NCBI GenBank assembly: GCA_900088475.1
Contig: FLMG01002864.1
Location: 76,382-140,381 of the forward strand
Direction: 5' to 3'
DNA: 64,000 nucleotides
Source of the DNA: Hyphochytrium catenoides
Taxonomy: Eukaryota; Protista; Hyphochytriomycota
This document shows, in pieces, positions 62,960-64,000 of the stretch. The notes below the pieces were generated by a model. That model ran no database searches. It was not told where the DNA came from and saw only the letters and a list, made by a program, of their open reading frames with translations. The position numbers were made by a program, and so were the translations under genes. Numbering within the stretch: position 1 is the first letter of the stretch; every line of letters starts with the position of its first letter.

Positions 62960-64000
62960 CGGAAGGAGTTGGTCCTTCCCCTGAATTGCTCTTAGCCTAA
63001 TTTGTAGAAGCCTTGATTCTTCTGAATGGCCGTTTGAGTAGAGCTACCACTTGCATGGGGACTCCCAAGTGCGAGAAATGTGGGTTTGTCATAAGACCTC
63101 ACCCACCCATAGCTCGGTCAATCAAGCTTGCCACAACAGCCGTACTAGTGATCAGCCGGGCTTGGACCCATCCATCCGGCTTTCACTACCAGCATGAAGA
63201 ATGAGATATAGAACCATCGGCCCAACATGTCCTACAACAAAGCCGATGGAGAAGGAGTTGGTCCTTCCGTGATTTGCTCTTAGCCAGGTTTGTATAGAAG
63301 CCTTGATTCTTCTGAATGGCCGTTTGAGTAGAACTACCACTTGCATGAGGACTCACAAGTGCGAGAAATGTGGGTTTGTCACGAGTCCTCCCCCACCCAC
63401 AGTTCAGTCGATCAACTTGCTACAACACCAGTACTAAGTGATCAGCCAGGCATCGGCCCATCCATCCGGCTTTCACTACCGTCATGAAGTAAGAGATATA
63501 GAACCATCGGCCCAACATGTCCTACAACAAAGCCAATGGAGAAGGAGCTGGTCCTTCCGTATTTTGCTCTTAGCCAAGTTTGTAGAGGCCTTGATTCTTC
63601 TGAATGGCCGTTTGAGTAGAGCTACCACTTGCATGAGGACTCTCAAGTGCGAGAAATGTGAGTCTGTCACGATGTGTCAACCACCCACAGTTCGGTCAAT
63701 CAAGCTTGCTACAACACGAATACTAAGTGATCATACCGGGCTTTGGCCCATCCATCCGGCCTTCACTACCAGCATGAAGAATGAGATATAGAACCATCGG
63801 CCCAACATGTCCTACAACAAAGCCAATGAAGAAGGAGTTGGTCCTTCCGTGATTTGCTCTTAGCCAAGTTTGTAGAGGCCTTGATTCTTCTGGATGGCCG
63901 TTTGAGTAGAGCTACCACTTGCATGAGGACTCTCAAGTGCGAAGAATGTGAGTTTGTCTCTAGGCGTCACCCACCCATAGTTCAGTCGATCAAGCTTGCT
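62960..64000. repeat. Tandem array of ~290-bp units (>=3.6 copies, continues past window end)
   Basis: The anchor AAGGAG(T/C)TGGTCCTTCC recurs at ~62963, 63252, 63542 and 63832 (period 289-290). Units are similar but not identical. Confidence 0.97.

Noticed and set aside
62960-64000. CRISPR array, 5S rDNA or spliced-leader array
   Set aside because: Units are similar along their whole 290 bp with no unique spacers, there are no cas genes, and I see no 5S or SL/Sm-site motifs.
1-64000. Alternative genetic code or stop-codon readthrough
   Set aside because: Where I traced conserved genes, in-frame stops were explained by introns, and TAA, TAG and TGA all terminate genes.

Overview
This is gene-dense, intron-containing eukaryotic (probably protist) nuclear DNA. 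It uses the standard genetic code, GT-AG introns with CTAAC/CTGAC-like branch points, and at least two GC-AG introns. There are two assembly N-gaps. Recognisable genes in order: SZT2 (KICSTOR scaffold, runs off the left edge), DDX52/ROK1 helicase, a small unknown coiled-coil gene, a P4-ATPase flippase, a possible unknown gene, a PH-domain + DCN1-like (PONY) fusion, NOC4/NOC4L, dynein light chain roadblock, an STK11IP/nischarin-like LRR protein, ALDH7A1, a retroelement-relic patch holding an intron-retaining partial JMJD7 pseudogene, intact JMJD7, an intronless enolase with the EWGW insertion, a PH/C2-like/DUF1765-like protein, and mitochondrial MDH. A ~290-bp tandem array runs off the right edge. 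The most unusual observations are: (i) the 290-bp array, whose unit translates into what looks like half a GCM-like zinc-finger domain and carries a covarying hairpin and a hypervariable patch; (ii) the PH-DCN1 fusion with an altered cullin-binding end; (iii) introns in four genes that are either strongly purine-rich or strongly pyrimidine-rich, while housekeeping genes have short unskewed introns. All calls come from manual reading and remembered family motifs. No database search was run, and exon boundaries are hand-derived.
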